Shown: positions 10,602-21,008 of the stretch, piece by piece
Numbering within the stretch: the stretch's first letter is position 1
Layout: each line of letters opens with the position of its first letter
Origin: an uncultured Actinomycetes bacterium
GTDB lineage: Bacteria > Actinomycetota > Acidimicrobiia > IMCC26256 > PALSA-610
Assembly: GCA_963841215.1 (NCBI GenBank)
Contig: CAWJBW010000004.1
Location: forward strand, 193,870 to 257,869
Length of the DNA stretch: 64,000 bases
Direction of reading: 5' to 3'
Program-made: the position numbers and the translations under genes
The notes under the pieces: generated by a model
Told to the model about the DNA's origin: nothing
Seen by the model: only the letters and a program-made list of their open reading frames with translations
Databases searched by the model: none

Positions 10602-11764
10602 CAGACCGGGGGCGGTGCAGCGTTCACGACCCTGAGCTCGTCGGCCGTCAGTGGATCGACCTCGTACAGCACTTCGCGGTCCTGCCGCGCGCGGAACACG
10701 TTGACGATGCAGTTCATGCGGTCGCCGAGCCGGGTCCAGTTGCGGGCGCGCGCCGCGCGGTAGCGCCCGTTGGCGCGGTCGTGCCGGCGCCATTCGTCGA
10801 CGAGCTCGGCGTTCGCGAGCTCGTGCATTCGACGTCCATAGAGTCCTTCACCCACGTCGGGCTTCGGCAGGCCGAGCCCGACCCGCACGTACTCGCTGTG
10901 CAGCACGAGCGGACGACCGGCAGGCAGGACGATCGCCATCCTCCAGCGTGTGACGATGCGCCCGTACGTGTCGTCGATCCACGTTCGGAATCGGCCCTTG
11001 TCCTGGAGCGCCCACGGTTTGGCGTCTCGCACGGTGAGCAGTTCGGGATCGTCGGGGTCGTCGTTGAGCAGTCGGCTCGGGAAGAGGCTCAGCGCGGAGC
11101 GCACGATGGGGTCGACACGCCGCTGCTCGTAGTCGGCGAGCAGGATGTTGCCGAGCAGCACGAGCTCGCCCCGGCGCCGCACGTCCGGCTCGTAGCGCGC
11201 GTGGTAGTAGGCCTCGAACCCACGGCGCATGAGCTCGACGTCGGCCGCGGGGAACACTTCGGTTGCGCGGCGCCGGCATGATCGACGCTCGGTATCTGCG
11301 CCATCGCTCGTCGTCCCGCTCCGTGCGATCGTCGAACTCGGCGACGAACCGCGCGAACTCGCCCGCGATCTCGGCGAAGATCTCGCGGTTGCCCCGCGCG
11401 AGGAGCCGGGGCGCAGCCCGCTTGCGGAAGCGGCTCGATGAGGCGATTGAACTGCGCTGCCGGCTTCCGCACGATCCGGCGGAGCCACGAGCGGGAGCCG
11501 GCTGATCCGGTAGTCGGTCAGTGGATCGATGTCGCCGCGGATGTAGTAGCCGATGGTGCGCGACGACCACGTCGAGAACGTGCACCAGCTCGCGTGCGGA
11601 CCGATGAGCGCACGCAGCGCGGTCGAGAGCTCGGAGTACGTGAGCGTGATGAGGTAGTTCCGACGGGCGTCGTCGACGATCGAATAGACCGCCTCGATCC
11701 GGTCGCCGGTCACTGCACCGTTTCCGGTTGGCATCGCCGATGACCCAACGCTCACCGGCGGCAC
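10601..11764 (-). CDS. Hypothetical protein (~385 aa), family not recognised
   Basis: Protein-like N-terminal (...YLITLTYSELSTALRALIGPHASWCTFSTWSSRTIGYYIRGD...) and C-terminal (...ELMRRGFEAYYHARYEPD...NCIVNVFRARQDREVLYEVDP...) parts in ORF 10601..11764. The middle is restored only via ORFs 11089..11472 and 10848..11585, which needs at least 2 frame switches. Confidence 0.45.
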   Translation of the reverse strand: MPPVSVGSSAMPTGNGAVTGDRIEAVYSIVDDARRNYLITLTYSELSTALRALIGPHASWCTFSTWSSRTIGYYIRGDIDPLTDYRISRLPLVAPPDRAEAGSAVQSPHRAASASGLRPGSSRGATARSSPRSRASSRGSSPSSTIARSGTTSDGADTERRSCRRRATEVFPAADVELMRRGFEAYYHARYEPDVRRRGELVLLGNILLADYEQRRVDPIVRSALSLFPSRLLNDDPDDPELLTVRDAKPWALQDKGRFRTWIDDTYGRIVTRWRMAIVLPAGRPLVLHSEYVRVGLGLPKPDVGEGLYGRRMHELANAELVDEWRRHDRANGRYRAARARNWTRLGDRMNCIVNVFRARQDREVLYEVDPLTADELRVVNAAPPPV

Positions 11765-11813
11765 GCTATCTCTCTCCTCGTTTACGCCCTCTCCGTTCAG
11801 GCCCTCTCCTCGT

Positions 11814-12776
11814 TCAGGTGGCCGGTGCGGGATCGGGTGTCTCGTCCTCGACCCGGGCCACCGCGGGGCTGCGGTTCATCCCCCAGAGCGCGGCAACGAC
11901 GACGATCGATGCAACGATCTCGACCGCACCGAGCGACTCTCCGAAGCAGACCCACGCGCCGCAGCGCGACGAGCGGCGGCTCCGCGAGCAGCAACGGTGC
12001 CGACACCGACGCGGGGACGTAACGATGCGCCCAGACGAGGAGCACGTGCGCGCTCGTGCCGACAACCATCGTCGCCGCCGCCCACCAGTATGCGTCGCCC
12101 GTCATCCGCAGCGTGCCCGAGCTCGACCGCGGCGACGGGCGTCATCAACAGTGCGGCGGCGGTGAGGACTCCGAGCATGAACGCGAACGGGTCGACCGCG
12201 TAGCGGGAGCGGAGCACCCGGCCGTAGAGGTACCAGCCCGCGTTGAGGAACAGGCTGACCACGGCGACGATCTCGCCTGCGAGGCTCCACGACCCGCTGC
12301 CCGACGACGCCGACGCGACGACGACGGTCCCGCCGACCGCGAGCGCGCCGAAGAAGACGAGCCGGCGGTCGACCCGCTCGCCGAGGAACAGCACCGCCAC
12401 CGCGACGATCAGGACCGGCTGGAGCGCTCCGATCAGCGCCACGTCCAGGAGTCGGGTCTTGTCGATCGCCACGAACGCGCTCCCGGCCGCCGACGCGAAG
12501 AACGCCCCCGCGCCGAGCACGAGCAGCGCCCACCGGACGCGCGACACCTCCGGCGGACGCAGCATCACCGGGTGCGAACGCCGTCGGACCGCGACGATCA
12601 CCGCGAGCGGCGGGAGCGCGAACCAGAGCCGCCAGGTCGTGAACACGAGCGGGTCGGCGTGCCCGGCCCGGACGAAGAGCGCGGCTGGCCGACCAGAACA
12701 GGATGGCGATCCACACCGCGCCGAGCGCCCGGCGCTGGAGCGCGTGAACGCCTCCGGGCACCGCGACATCGACCAT
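11814..12776 (-). CDS. DMT superfamily (EamA-like) transporter
   Basis: TM-rich sequence: ...ALGAVWIAILFWSA.., ..LWFALPPLAVIVAV.., ..IGALQPVLIVAVAVLFLGERV.., ..SLGAVEIVASIVVVAALWG... Stitched from four ORF fragments with at least 3 frame switches. Confidence 0.6.
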
Positions 12777-12787
12777 GAGCGCGCGCG

Positions 12788-13126
12788 TCAGCGACGCTTG
12801 CGCTTGCCCTTGCGGAAGAATCCCTTGCGCGACCGCCGCGCCTGCTCCTCGCGCAGTTCGGCGCCGGCCGTGTTCACGATGTTCTCGGCCTCGTCGAGCA
12901 GACGGGCGGCGTCATCGCCGAGCTCGGACGGCGGGGGCGCGGCCGGCTTCTGCCCGTCGGTCAGCGACCCGTACTGCCAGCCCGCGTCGATCATCCGGCG
13001 CTCGTACCCGACGCAGTCGGCCGGGCACTGCCACGGTGCCTCGGGCGCGAGGTCGATGCGGCACTTCCGCACGACGTCGCCGGACTGGTAGGTGCGGCTC
13101 TCGTAGTGCTTGCAGTCGGTGCGCAT
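12788..13126 (-). CDS. Small Cys-containing hypothetical protein with basic C-terminal tail
   Basis: MRTDCKHYESRTYQSGDVVRKCRIDLAPEAPWQCPADCVGYERR...KGFFRKGKRKRR. An internal ATG of ORF 12788..13345 was chosen because the upstream part belongs to the META gene in a shifted frame. Confidence 0.45.
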   Translation of the reverse strand: MRTDCKHYESRTYQSGDVVRKCRIDLAPEAPWQCPADCVGYERRMIDAGWQYGSLTDGQKPAAPPPSELGDDAARLLDEAENIVNTAGAELREEQARRSRKGFFRKGKRKRR

Positions 13127-13221
13127 TCCCACGCCGCCATTGTCGCGGATCGGCGAGCCGTCGCGGGATCGACTTCCCCGGCACTCCGCCGGAGTTTCCC
13201 GGGCGTGTCCGGGCGACGGGC

Positions 13222-13694
13222 CTACTCCACGGTCTCGAGCGTGATGATCCCTTCGGGACCGGTCAGTGTCAGGGTCTCGTCGGCGAACGTCGCTCTCCGG
13301 GCCGGCGGTGAGGAGCCCGAGCAGCCAATCGTCCTGGGCCTCCAACTCCGGTCGAGCAGCCCATCAGTGTCGATTGGACCTCACCGTCGACGACGAAGAC
13401 GCCGTCCTCGATCGCGAACTGGCCGTTCATCGTGTTGCAGCCGGCGTTGGCGGAGAACTGCTGCGGGTTGGGGAAACCGATCGTCACCTCGGTGCCCTCG
13501 ACGAGCTCGTGGCCGGTCACCTCGGTGGAGGCGAACTGCCGGTCGGAGAGGTCTTGCGCAGTCGCCGACGGATCGCCCGGCGTCGAAGCCGTGGTTGCAC
13601 TGCTGTCGTCGTCGTCACCACCGCACGCGCTGAAGACGGCGAGGCCCGCGATGCAGCAGGGCGATGCACGGATGACAGGGAAGACGCGACGCAC
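13222..13694 (-). CDS. META-domain (HslJ-like) lipoprotein
   Basis: GTG start; signal plus lipobox ...IAGLAVFSAC; NAGCNTMNGQFAIEDGVFVVDGEVQSTLMGC...QDDWLLGLLTAGPE...TLTLTGPEGIITLETVE* after correcting 2 frame switches (about 13340 and 13290). Confidence 0.6.
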
Positions 13695-13751
13695 GGGTAC
13701 GAACGTAGCCCCGAACTCGGTCGGAGTGGACGCGCGCCTCCGGTAGCCTCG

Positions 13752-16700
13752 ATGCGCCCCTGGCCCGAGGAGCACCCGATCGACTCGCACTACCGCCCCC
13801 TCGACGTCGAGCCGCGCGTCCTCCAGTTCTGGGACGACACGGCCGCCTTCGCGCGCCTGCGCGAGCTGCGGGACGGCGCCCCCGAGTTCCGGTTCCTCGA
13901 CGGGCCGATCACGGCGAACAACCCGATGGGCGTGCACCACGCGTGGGGCCGCACGCTGAAGGACGCCGTCATCCGCTTCCACGCGATGCAGGGCCAGAGC
14001 TGCCGCTACCAGAACGGCTTCGACTGTCAGGGTCTGTGGGTCGAGGTCGAGGTCGAGCGGGCGCTCGGGTTCAAGGGAAAGCCCGACATCGAGGCGTTCG
14101 GTCTCGCGAACTTCTCGCGGGCCTGCCGGGAACGGGTCGACGAGTTCGCCGGAGTCATCGCCGAGCAGTCGACCCGGCTCGGCCAGTGGATGGACTGGGA
14201 CAACTCCTACTTCACCTACACCGACGACAACATCGAAGCCATCTGGCTGTTCCTCCAGAAGTGCTTCGAGCGTTCGTACCTGTACGAGGGCCATGTGCCG
14301 CTGCCGTGGTGCACCCGCTGCGGCACCAGCCTGTCGCAGCACGAGATGCTCGGCTCGTACGTCGACACCGAGGACCTGTCGCTGTACGTCAGCCGCGAAC
14401 CTGCTGGACGGGAGCGGCCGCGCGTTGGTGCTGTGGACCACGACGCCGTGGACGCTGCCCGCGAACGTCGCCGCAGCGGTGCAACCCGCGCTCACCTACG
14501 AAGAGATCGAATGGGAAGGCCGCCGCCTCGTGTTGAGCGCGGGCGCGCGGCGTCGCCTCGGACTCGCCGACGACGACCGTGCAACGTGAGCTCCGAGGCG
14601 CCGAGCTCATCGGGCTCGAGTTCGAGACGTTCTTCCCCGATCTCCCGGCGCAGGCCGGCATCGCGCACGTCGTGATCCCGTGGGAGGAGATCGACGCGGA
14701 AGAGGGATCGGGCATCGTCCACATCGCACCCGGATGCGGGCCCGAGGACTACGAGCTCAGCCAAGGAGCTCGGTCTCGGCGTGATCGCACCCCTCGACTC
14801 GACGGGCGACTACGTCGACGGCTTCGACTGGCTCACCGGCCGCAACGCGGCGACCGTCGCCGACGACATCACCGCGCGCCTCCGCGACGCGGGCGCGCGT
14901 GGTGAAGGACGAGCTGTACGCGCACAGCGTCCCCGTGTGCTGGCGCTGCAAGAGCCACGTGCTGTTCCGGCTGGTGGACGAGTGGTTCATCAGCGTCGCA
15001 GAAGTGCGCGAGCCGATGCTCGCGGCCGCGCGCACGGTCGAGCTGGGAACCGTCGCACATCGGCAGCCGGATGGACGACTGGCTGCACAACATGGGCGAC
15101 TGGTGCATCTCGCGGAAGCGGTACTGGGGCCTGCCGCTCCCCTTCTACCGTTGCGAGGAGTGCAACGAGCTCACGGTCGTCGGGTTCGCGCGCCGAGCTG
15201 CGCGAGCGTGCGATCGACCCGACCCTCGTCGACGACGCTGCCCGAGCTGCACCGACCGTGGATCGACGACATCAAGATCTCGTGTGCGTCGTGCGACGCG
15301 CCGGCGGCGCGTGTCCCCGAGGTCGGCGACTGCTGGCTCGACGCGGGCATCGTCCCGTTCTCGACGCTCGGCTACTTCGACGATCCCGAAGGCTGGAAGG
15401 CGCGCTTCCCGCCGAGTGGATCAGCGAGATGCGCGAGCAGGTCCGCCTCTGGTACTACTCGATGCTCTTCATGAGCGTCGTGCTCGAAGGCGCGCGCACC
15501 GTACGAGCGGGCGCTGAGCTACGAGCGTGTGATCTCCGAGACCGGCGAGAAGTTCTCGAAGACCGGCCACATGATCCGCTTCGACGACGCGGTCGCCGAG
15601 ATCGGCGCCGACCCGATGCGGTACCTGTTCTGCCGCCAGCCGCCCGGTACCGAGGTGCGGTTCGGGTTCGAAGCGGGCGCGCAGGCGGCAGCGCCGGCTC
15701 GCCGGCCTGTGGAACGTCGCGTCGTTCTTCGACACGTACGCGAGCATCGACCGGGTCGAGATGGTCGAGCCGTCGACGCTGGGCGATGCGTTGCACGTCA
15801 CCGACCGGTGGCTGCTGGCGCGCACCGCGCAGCTCGTCGACGTCGCGACCGAGGCGATGGGCCGCGAGGACACCGCCGACGACCGTGCGCGAGTTCGAGA
15901 AGTTCGTCGAGGAGACGTCGAACTGGTACGTGCGCGTGAACCGCCGCCGCTTCTGGCGCGGGGCCGACGAGGGCGGCGCGGCCGACAAGCAGGCGTGTCA
16001 CTCGACGCTGTTCGCCGCCTTGCGGGCAGCTATCGGGGTGATGGCGCCGATCGTGCCGTTCTTCGCCGAGGAGCTGTGGCAGCAGGCGATCCGTCCGTTC
16101 GACGGCGCGACGCGTCCGAGTCCGCCCACCATGCGCGCTGGCCGGAGGTCCCGGACGCGTGGCGCGATCGCGGCGCTGCTCGACGCGACCCGGTCGGTGC
16201 GCGGCGTCATCAGCACCGCGCTGCGCTTGCGCGAGGAGTCGAAGCTGCGGGTGCGCCAGCCGCTGCCGTCGGTGACGATCGTCGCGAGCGGCGAGGAGCG
16301 CGGCGGCCCTGCGCGGCGCAGGAAGCGACGATCGCGACCGAGCTGAACGTGAAGGTGGTCGAGTTCGCCGACGACCTCACGCTGCTCGAAGAGGACCACC
16401 TCGCGCTCGACTTCAAGCGCGCCGGACCCGTCCTGCGCAACCAGCTCGACGCCGCGCAACGGCCAGATCCAGGAGCTCGAGCGACGACGAGCGCGCGGAC
16501 TGCGATCGAGGCGATCCGCAGCGGTCAGTCGGTGCGTCTGCCGGGCTGGACCGAGGACCTCCCACCCGAGCTGTTCATGTTCGAACGGCACCCGGCCCAC
16601 GGCGTGAAGACCGCGGAGACGCCCAGCGGGCATCGTCGTCGCGCTCGACACGAGCCTCGACGACGAGCTCGATCCACGAAGGCTGGGCGCGCGACGTCAT

Positions 16701-16935
16701 CCGCCACGTGCAGACGCTGCGCAAGGAAGCCGGCCTGGAGGTCAGTGACCGCATCCGGCTCTGGCTGCCGATCGACGACGCCGAGCTGGCCGGCGCGGTG
16801 GAGCACGCACGTCGGGACGATCGCGTCCGAGTCGCTCGCCACCGACGCCCAGCTCACCGACGCACCCCGCGGACGTTCGACGCGCGTTCAGATCGCGGGC
16901 CGCAACATCACCGCCGCCCTCCGACGTGCAAGCTC
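13752..16935 (+). CDS. ileS: Isoleucine--tRNA ligase, heavily frame-disrupted
   Basis: PITANNPMGVHHAWGRTLKD (HIGH-type region), WTTTPWTLPAN, CWRCKSHVLFRLVDEWF, DWCISRKRYWGLPLP, KFSKTGH (KMSKS-type), WYVRVNRRRFW. The pieces are scattered over all three frames, with at least 15 frame changes by my tracking. No stop codon exists in any frame until 17039, so the 3' end is approximate. Confidence 0.9.
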
Positions 16936-16937
16936 GC

Positions 16938-16990
16938 CAGGTTTTTGCGACAACCGGCGATCGCAACGGTCGTCGCTTGTCGCCGAAACC
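16938..16990. repeat. REP-like palindromic element, copy R3
   Basis: CAGGTTTTTGCGACAA-(23 nt)-CTTGTCGCCGAAACCGA, between the ileS 3' end and the stop at 16998. Confidence 0.6.
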
Positions 16991-16997
16991 GAGCTCG

Positions 16998-17544
16998 TCA
17001 GCCGAGCCAGTCGGCGGCTCGGTCGAGGAGGAAGCGGCTGACGGCGAGGGTGCGCTCGAGCGTCTCGCACGGCACCTCTTCGGCGCGCCGGATGCCGAGC
17101 AGCGAGACGCGCTGGTGGGCGACGATTCGCAGCGTCCGCTCGGGCGCGTCGGTCGCGCTCGGGAACGAGTCGGTCGCCGACACCTCGAGCGGGAGGTCCG
17201 GTCCGCCGATCCCGGCGAGCTCGGTCGCGAGCACGAGCAGGTCGGGCCCGTGCGGCAGCGGCGGGAGCGCCCAGGTGAAGTTCAGCGGGAAGTGGAACGC
17301 GTCCTCGGGTTCTTCGTCGTCGGGGAGGTTGATGACCGCGTCCTCGAACCCGAGCAGCACGCGCGGGTCGATCTCCATGCTCAGGTAGACGTCGACCGGA
17401 CCTTCGCACCCCTCTTCGGGATGCACGTCGACCTCCCAGGTCTGGCGCAGCGAGTAGCTCTCGACGAAGTGCCGCTCGTCGTGCACGTGGAAGCCGTGCT
17501 CGACCGCGTGGTCCTTCAGGTCGGCGACGAAACCCGGCGAACAT
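16998..17544 (-). CDS. Hypothetical acidic protein, family not recognised
   Basis: MFAGF(V)ADLKDHAVEHGFHVHDERHFVESYSLRQTWEVDVHPEE...LNFTWALPPLPHGPDLLVLATELAG...FLLDRAADWLG. One frame switch lies right after the start, at a GGGTTT run. Confidence 0.5.
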
Positions 17545-17557
17545 CGAGAACCGCCAC

Positions 17558-18498
17558 CTAGTCCGAATGCCTTTCTGCAGCGCGGACGCGACCTGCGTCC
17601 ATCGCCGCGTCGGCCCTGATCGAGCACCGCGGGCAGGGCGAAGAACGCGTGGATCATGCCCTCGTACCGCGTGTGCTCGACCGGCACACCGGCGTCCGCG
17701 AGCCGCTTGGCGTAGGCGTCGCCTTCGTCGCGCAGCGGGTCGTAGCCGGCGGTGATCACGAGCGCAGGTGCGACGCCCGCGACATCGGGCGCCCGCAGCG
17801 GTGAGATGTGCCAGTCGGCGACGTCGGCTCTCTGACCGCCAGCATCGGCGCGTGTGTAGCAATCGACGAACCAGCGCATCTGGTCGGCGCTGAGCAGGTA
17901 GCCCTCGCCGTTCTCGCTCGTACGACGGCTGGCTCATGTTCGCGTCGGTCACCGGATAGATGAGCGCCTGCAGCGCGAGCGGGACACCGGCGTCGCGCGC
18001 GAGCAGCGCGCACGTCGCGGCGAGGTTGCCGCCCGCACTGTCGCCGGCGATCGCGATCCGGCTCGCGTCGCCCTCGAAGGTCGCCGCGTTCTTGCGCGAC
18101 CCATTGCGTCGCCGCCCAGCAGTCGTCGAGCGGCGCCGGATACGGATGTTCCGGCGCGAGCCGGTACTCCACGGACACGACGATCGCGTTCGCCGCGTTC
18201 GCGAGCCGGCGGGTGACGGTGTCGTACACGTCGACGCTGCCGAGCACCCATCCACCGCCGTGCAGGTAGACAACCACTGGCAGCCCGTCGTCGGGTGACG
18301 GCCGGTACACGCGCACGGGCACGCCGCCGGCGTCGAGGTCGCCGATCGCGTAGACGTCCTCGGGCACGCCACCGCCGGAGGTGTGCAACAGCGCGAGCCC
18401 GTCGCGCGCCTGTTGCAGGTTGGCGTCGCCGGCATGGGATCGCACCGAGCGCGTTGATCGCATCGACAGAACGTCTGGGCTTGCGGGTCGAGCGGCAT
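17558..18498 (-). CDS. Alpha/beta hydrolase, hormone-sensitive-lipase-type esterase (paralog 1)
   Basis: [64 protein letters not shown]. Spread over three frames (at least 4 switches). The only usable stop is the TAG at 17558. Confidence 0.7.
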
Positions 18499-18510
18499 GG
18501 GTCCTCGATC

Positions 18511-19482
18511 TCAGCTCTGGTCGGCGACGGACGTGCGGAGCAACGCGACGGCCAGGTCCCACGCGTGCCTGCGCCGGTTCGAGGAAGGCGTGCATGCCGA
18601 AGAAGCCGTGGAACAGGCCGTCGGCGTCGGAGTCGGCGCGGTCTCGACGCCGGCCGCTTCGAGCTTCTCGGCGTACGCCTCGCCCTGGTCGCGCAGCGGG
18701 TCGTACTCGGCGGTGACGACGAACGCGGGCGGGAGGCCGGCGAGGTCACGCGCGCAACGGCGACAGCCGCCAGTCCTCGAGTCGGCCGGCAGTCGCGCGC
18801 GTAGTGCTGCGATAGAACCAGCGCATGTGGTCGGCTTCGAGGCCGTAGCCCGACCGCGTTGTCGACCATCGACGGCACTGTCGAACTCGTGAGTCGATGA
18901 CCGGGATACACGAGCAGCTGGAAGCGCGGGCGCGGGCAGCTGCGCTCTTCGCGCGCGACGAGACAGGCCGCCGCCGCGAGGTTGCCGCCGGCGCTGTCGC
19001 CACCGATGCGTGATCCGCGACCGGGTCGCCGCGCGAGCGTCACTTGCGTGCGCCGTGACCCACCGTCCACGCCGGCGTCGCAGTCGTCGAGCGCGCGCCC
19101 GGGAACTTCGTCTCCGGCGCGAGGCGGTAGTCGACCGACACGACGATCGCGTCGACGGCTTCGCTGCACGACTGCCGGCAGAGGTTGTCGTGGGTGTCGA
19201 GCCCGCCGAGCACCCATCCGCCACCGTGCAACCACACGATCGACGGGGAGCCCGTCGTCGGCGGACGGCCGGTAGACCCGCACCGGCACGTCGACGTCGC
19301 CGGCCGGGCCGGGGATCGTCGACGCGCGTGCACCGGGCGCCTCGGGTATCGCAACGGCATGTCGCCGACCGAGCTGTCCATCTTGGCCCGCGCCTCCGCC
19401 GGCGTCGTGTCTCGGAGGTGAGATCGAGACCGGCCTCCTTGCACATCGGCAGGATCATCTCGGCACTCGGATGCAGCGGCAC
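18511..19482 (-). CDS. Alpha/beta hydrolase, hormone-sensitive-lipase-type esterase (paralog 2)
   Basis: [60 protein letters not shown]. Spread over three frames (at least 6 switches). Confidence 0.7.
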   Translation of the reverse strand: MPLHPSAEMILPMCKEAGLDLTSETRRRRRRGPRWTARSATCRCDTRGARCTRVDDPRPGRRRRRAGAGLPAVRRRRAPRRSCGCTVADGCSAGSTPTTTSAGSRAAKPSTRSSCRSTTASRRRRSSRARARRLRRRRGRWVTAHASDARAATRSRITHRWRQRRRQPRGGGLSRRARRAQLPAPALPAARVSRSSTHEFDSAVDGRQRGRATASKPTTCAGSIAALRARLPADSRTGGCRRCARDLAGLPPAFVVTAEYDPLRDQGEAYAEKLEAAGVETAPTPTPTACSTASSACTPSSNRRRHAWDLAVALLRTSVADQS

Positions 19483-19504
19483 GGTCAGTTCCCTCCTCGT
19501 CGGC

Positions 19505-20181
19505 TCACGTCAGGGCATCGGCGAGCGCGCGGAACGCCCGCCCGCGATGCGACAGCGCATGTTTCTCGGCTGCGCTCATCTCCGCAAACGTGCGACCGTC
19601 GCCTTCGGCCGGCACGAACACCGAGTCGTAGCCGAATCCGCTGTTCGCCACGCGGCCCGGCCGAGATGGACCCCTCGACCTCGCCGCGCACGGCGAGCTC
19701 GCGACCGTCGGGCCAACGGGCCATCGCCACCGTCGCGAAGCGTGCGGGCCGAGAGTCGCGAGCTCCGCCGAGCTCGTCGAGCAGTTTGGCGACGTTGTCG
19801 GCATACGTCGCCGCCTCCCCGGCGTAGCGAGCCGAGTGGACGCCGGGCGCGCCCGCCGAGCGCGTCGACCTCCAAGCCGGTGTCGTCCGAGATCGCGGCG
19901 AGACCGAGGGCAGCGGTGAGCGCACTCGCCTTGATCCGTGCGTTGTCCTCGAGCGTCGCACCCGTCTCTTCCACATCGGGTGCTTCCAACACCTCCGGGC
20001 TGCGCGCGACGGTCGCCGCGATTCGGTCGGGCCGGTCGAGCAGGTAGCCGAAGGTCTGCGTGTCGACGGTGACCGCCCAGCCCACGATCGGTTCGTCCGA
20101 CCGTTCGACCAGGATCTCGATGATCTCGCGCGCCTTGTCGGTGTTGCCGGTCGCGAGCACGAGTGGCAGCGGCAACGTCAC
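19505..20181 (-). CDS. rdgB: RdgB/HAM1 family non-canonical purine NTP pyrophosphatase
   Basis: [51 protein letters not shown]...[20 protein letters not shown]. At least 3 frame switches. Confidence 0.8.
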
Positions 20182-20214
20182 GAGCCCGAGCGTTGCACCG
20201 ACGCCTTCACCGGC

Positions 20215-20955
20215 TCAGGCACGAACGGACGGCGGAACGGCGACCATCTCCTGCTGCGCGGCTGCGATCTCGCCGATCCCCTGTTCGGCGAGCTTCAGCA
20301 ACGCGTCGAGCTCGTCGCGCGTGAAGGCCAGCCCTTCGGCGGTGCCCTGCACCTCGACGAAGCGGCCCGATGCGGTCATCACGACGTTCATGTCGGTTTC
20401 GGCACGAACGTCTTCGGAGTACTCGAGATCGAGCATCGGCGTGCCGTCGATCATCCCGACGGAGATCGCAGCGCACGGTTCGAGCACGGGGTGCGTCGAC
20501 AGGGCGCCGCCGGCCATGAGCCGCGAGCACGCGTCGTGCAACGCGATCCAGCCGCCGCATATCGACGCGGTGCGAGTGCCGCCGTCGGCCTGCAAGACGT
20601 CGCAGTCGACGGTGATCTGCGTATCGGGCATGCGCCGCAGGTCGGTGACCGCGCGCAGCGATCGCCCGATGAGCCGCTGGATCTCTTGCGTACGCCCGGA
20701 CTGCTTGCCCCGCGACGCTTCCCGCTCGACCCGCTCCGGCGACGATCCCGGCAACATCGAGTACTCGCCGGTCACCCACCCCTTCCCCGAACCCTTCAGC
20801 CACGGCGGGATACGTGCCTCCACCGACGCGGTGCAGAGCACGCGCGTCCGGCCGAACTCGACGAGCACGGAACCGTGGGCCATCTCGGTGTAGTCGCGCG
20901 TGAAGAGGACAGGACGCAGATCAGCGGGCGAACGCCCGGACGCGCGGGTGGTCAT
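20215..20955 (-). CDS. rph: Ribonuclease PH
   Basis: Intact 246-aa reading frame inside ORF 20215..21564: [32 protein letters not shown]...[11 protein letters not shown]...[16 protein letters not shown]... Confidence 0.9.
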   Translation of the reverse strand: MTTRASGRSPADLRPVLFTRDYTEMAHGSVLVEFGRTRVLCTASVEARIPPWLKGSGKGWVTGEYSMLPGSSPERVEREASRGKQSGRTQEIQRLIGRSLRAVTDLRRMPDTQITVDCDVLQADGGTRTASICGGWIALHDACSRLMAGGALSTHPVLEPCAAISVGMIDGTPMLDLEYSEDVRAETDMNVVMTASGRFVEVQGTAEGLAFTRDELDALLKLAEQGIGEIAAAQQEMVAVPPSVRA

Positions 20956-21008
20956 GGCTGGCGATGCTCCGGAGCGGATTCGTGGCGGTTGTGGATCGGC
21001 CGAGTGAT

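Noticed and set aside
13695-13751. Possible T-box leader upstream of ileS (GGAGTGGACGCGCG resembles the T-box GGTGGTACCGCG core, followed by a CGGAG...CTCCG hairpin)
   Set aside because: Only about 57 nt are available before the divergent lipoprotein gene. The putative acceptor-pairing tetranucleotide would be UGGA rather than the UGGU expected for tRNA-Ile (discriminator A). I could not identify a specifier loop with AUC. Rfam/Infernal is needed for a decision.
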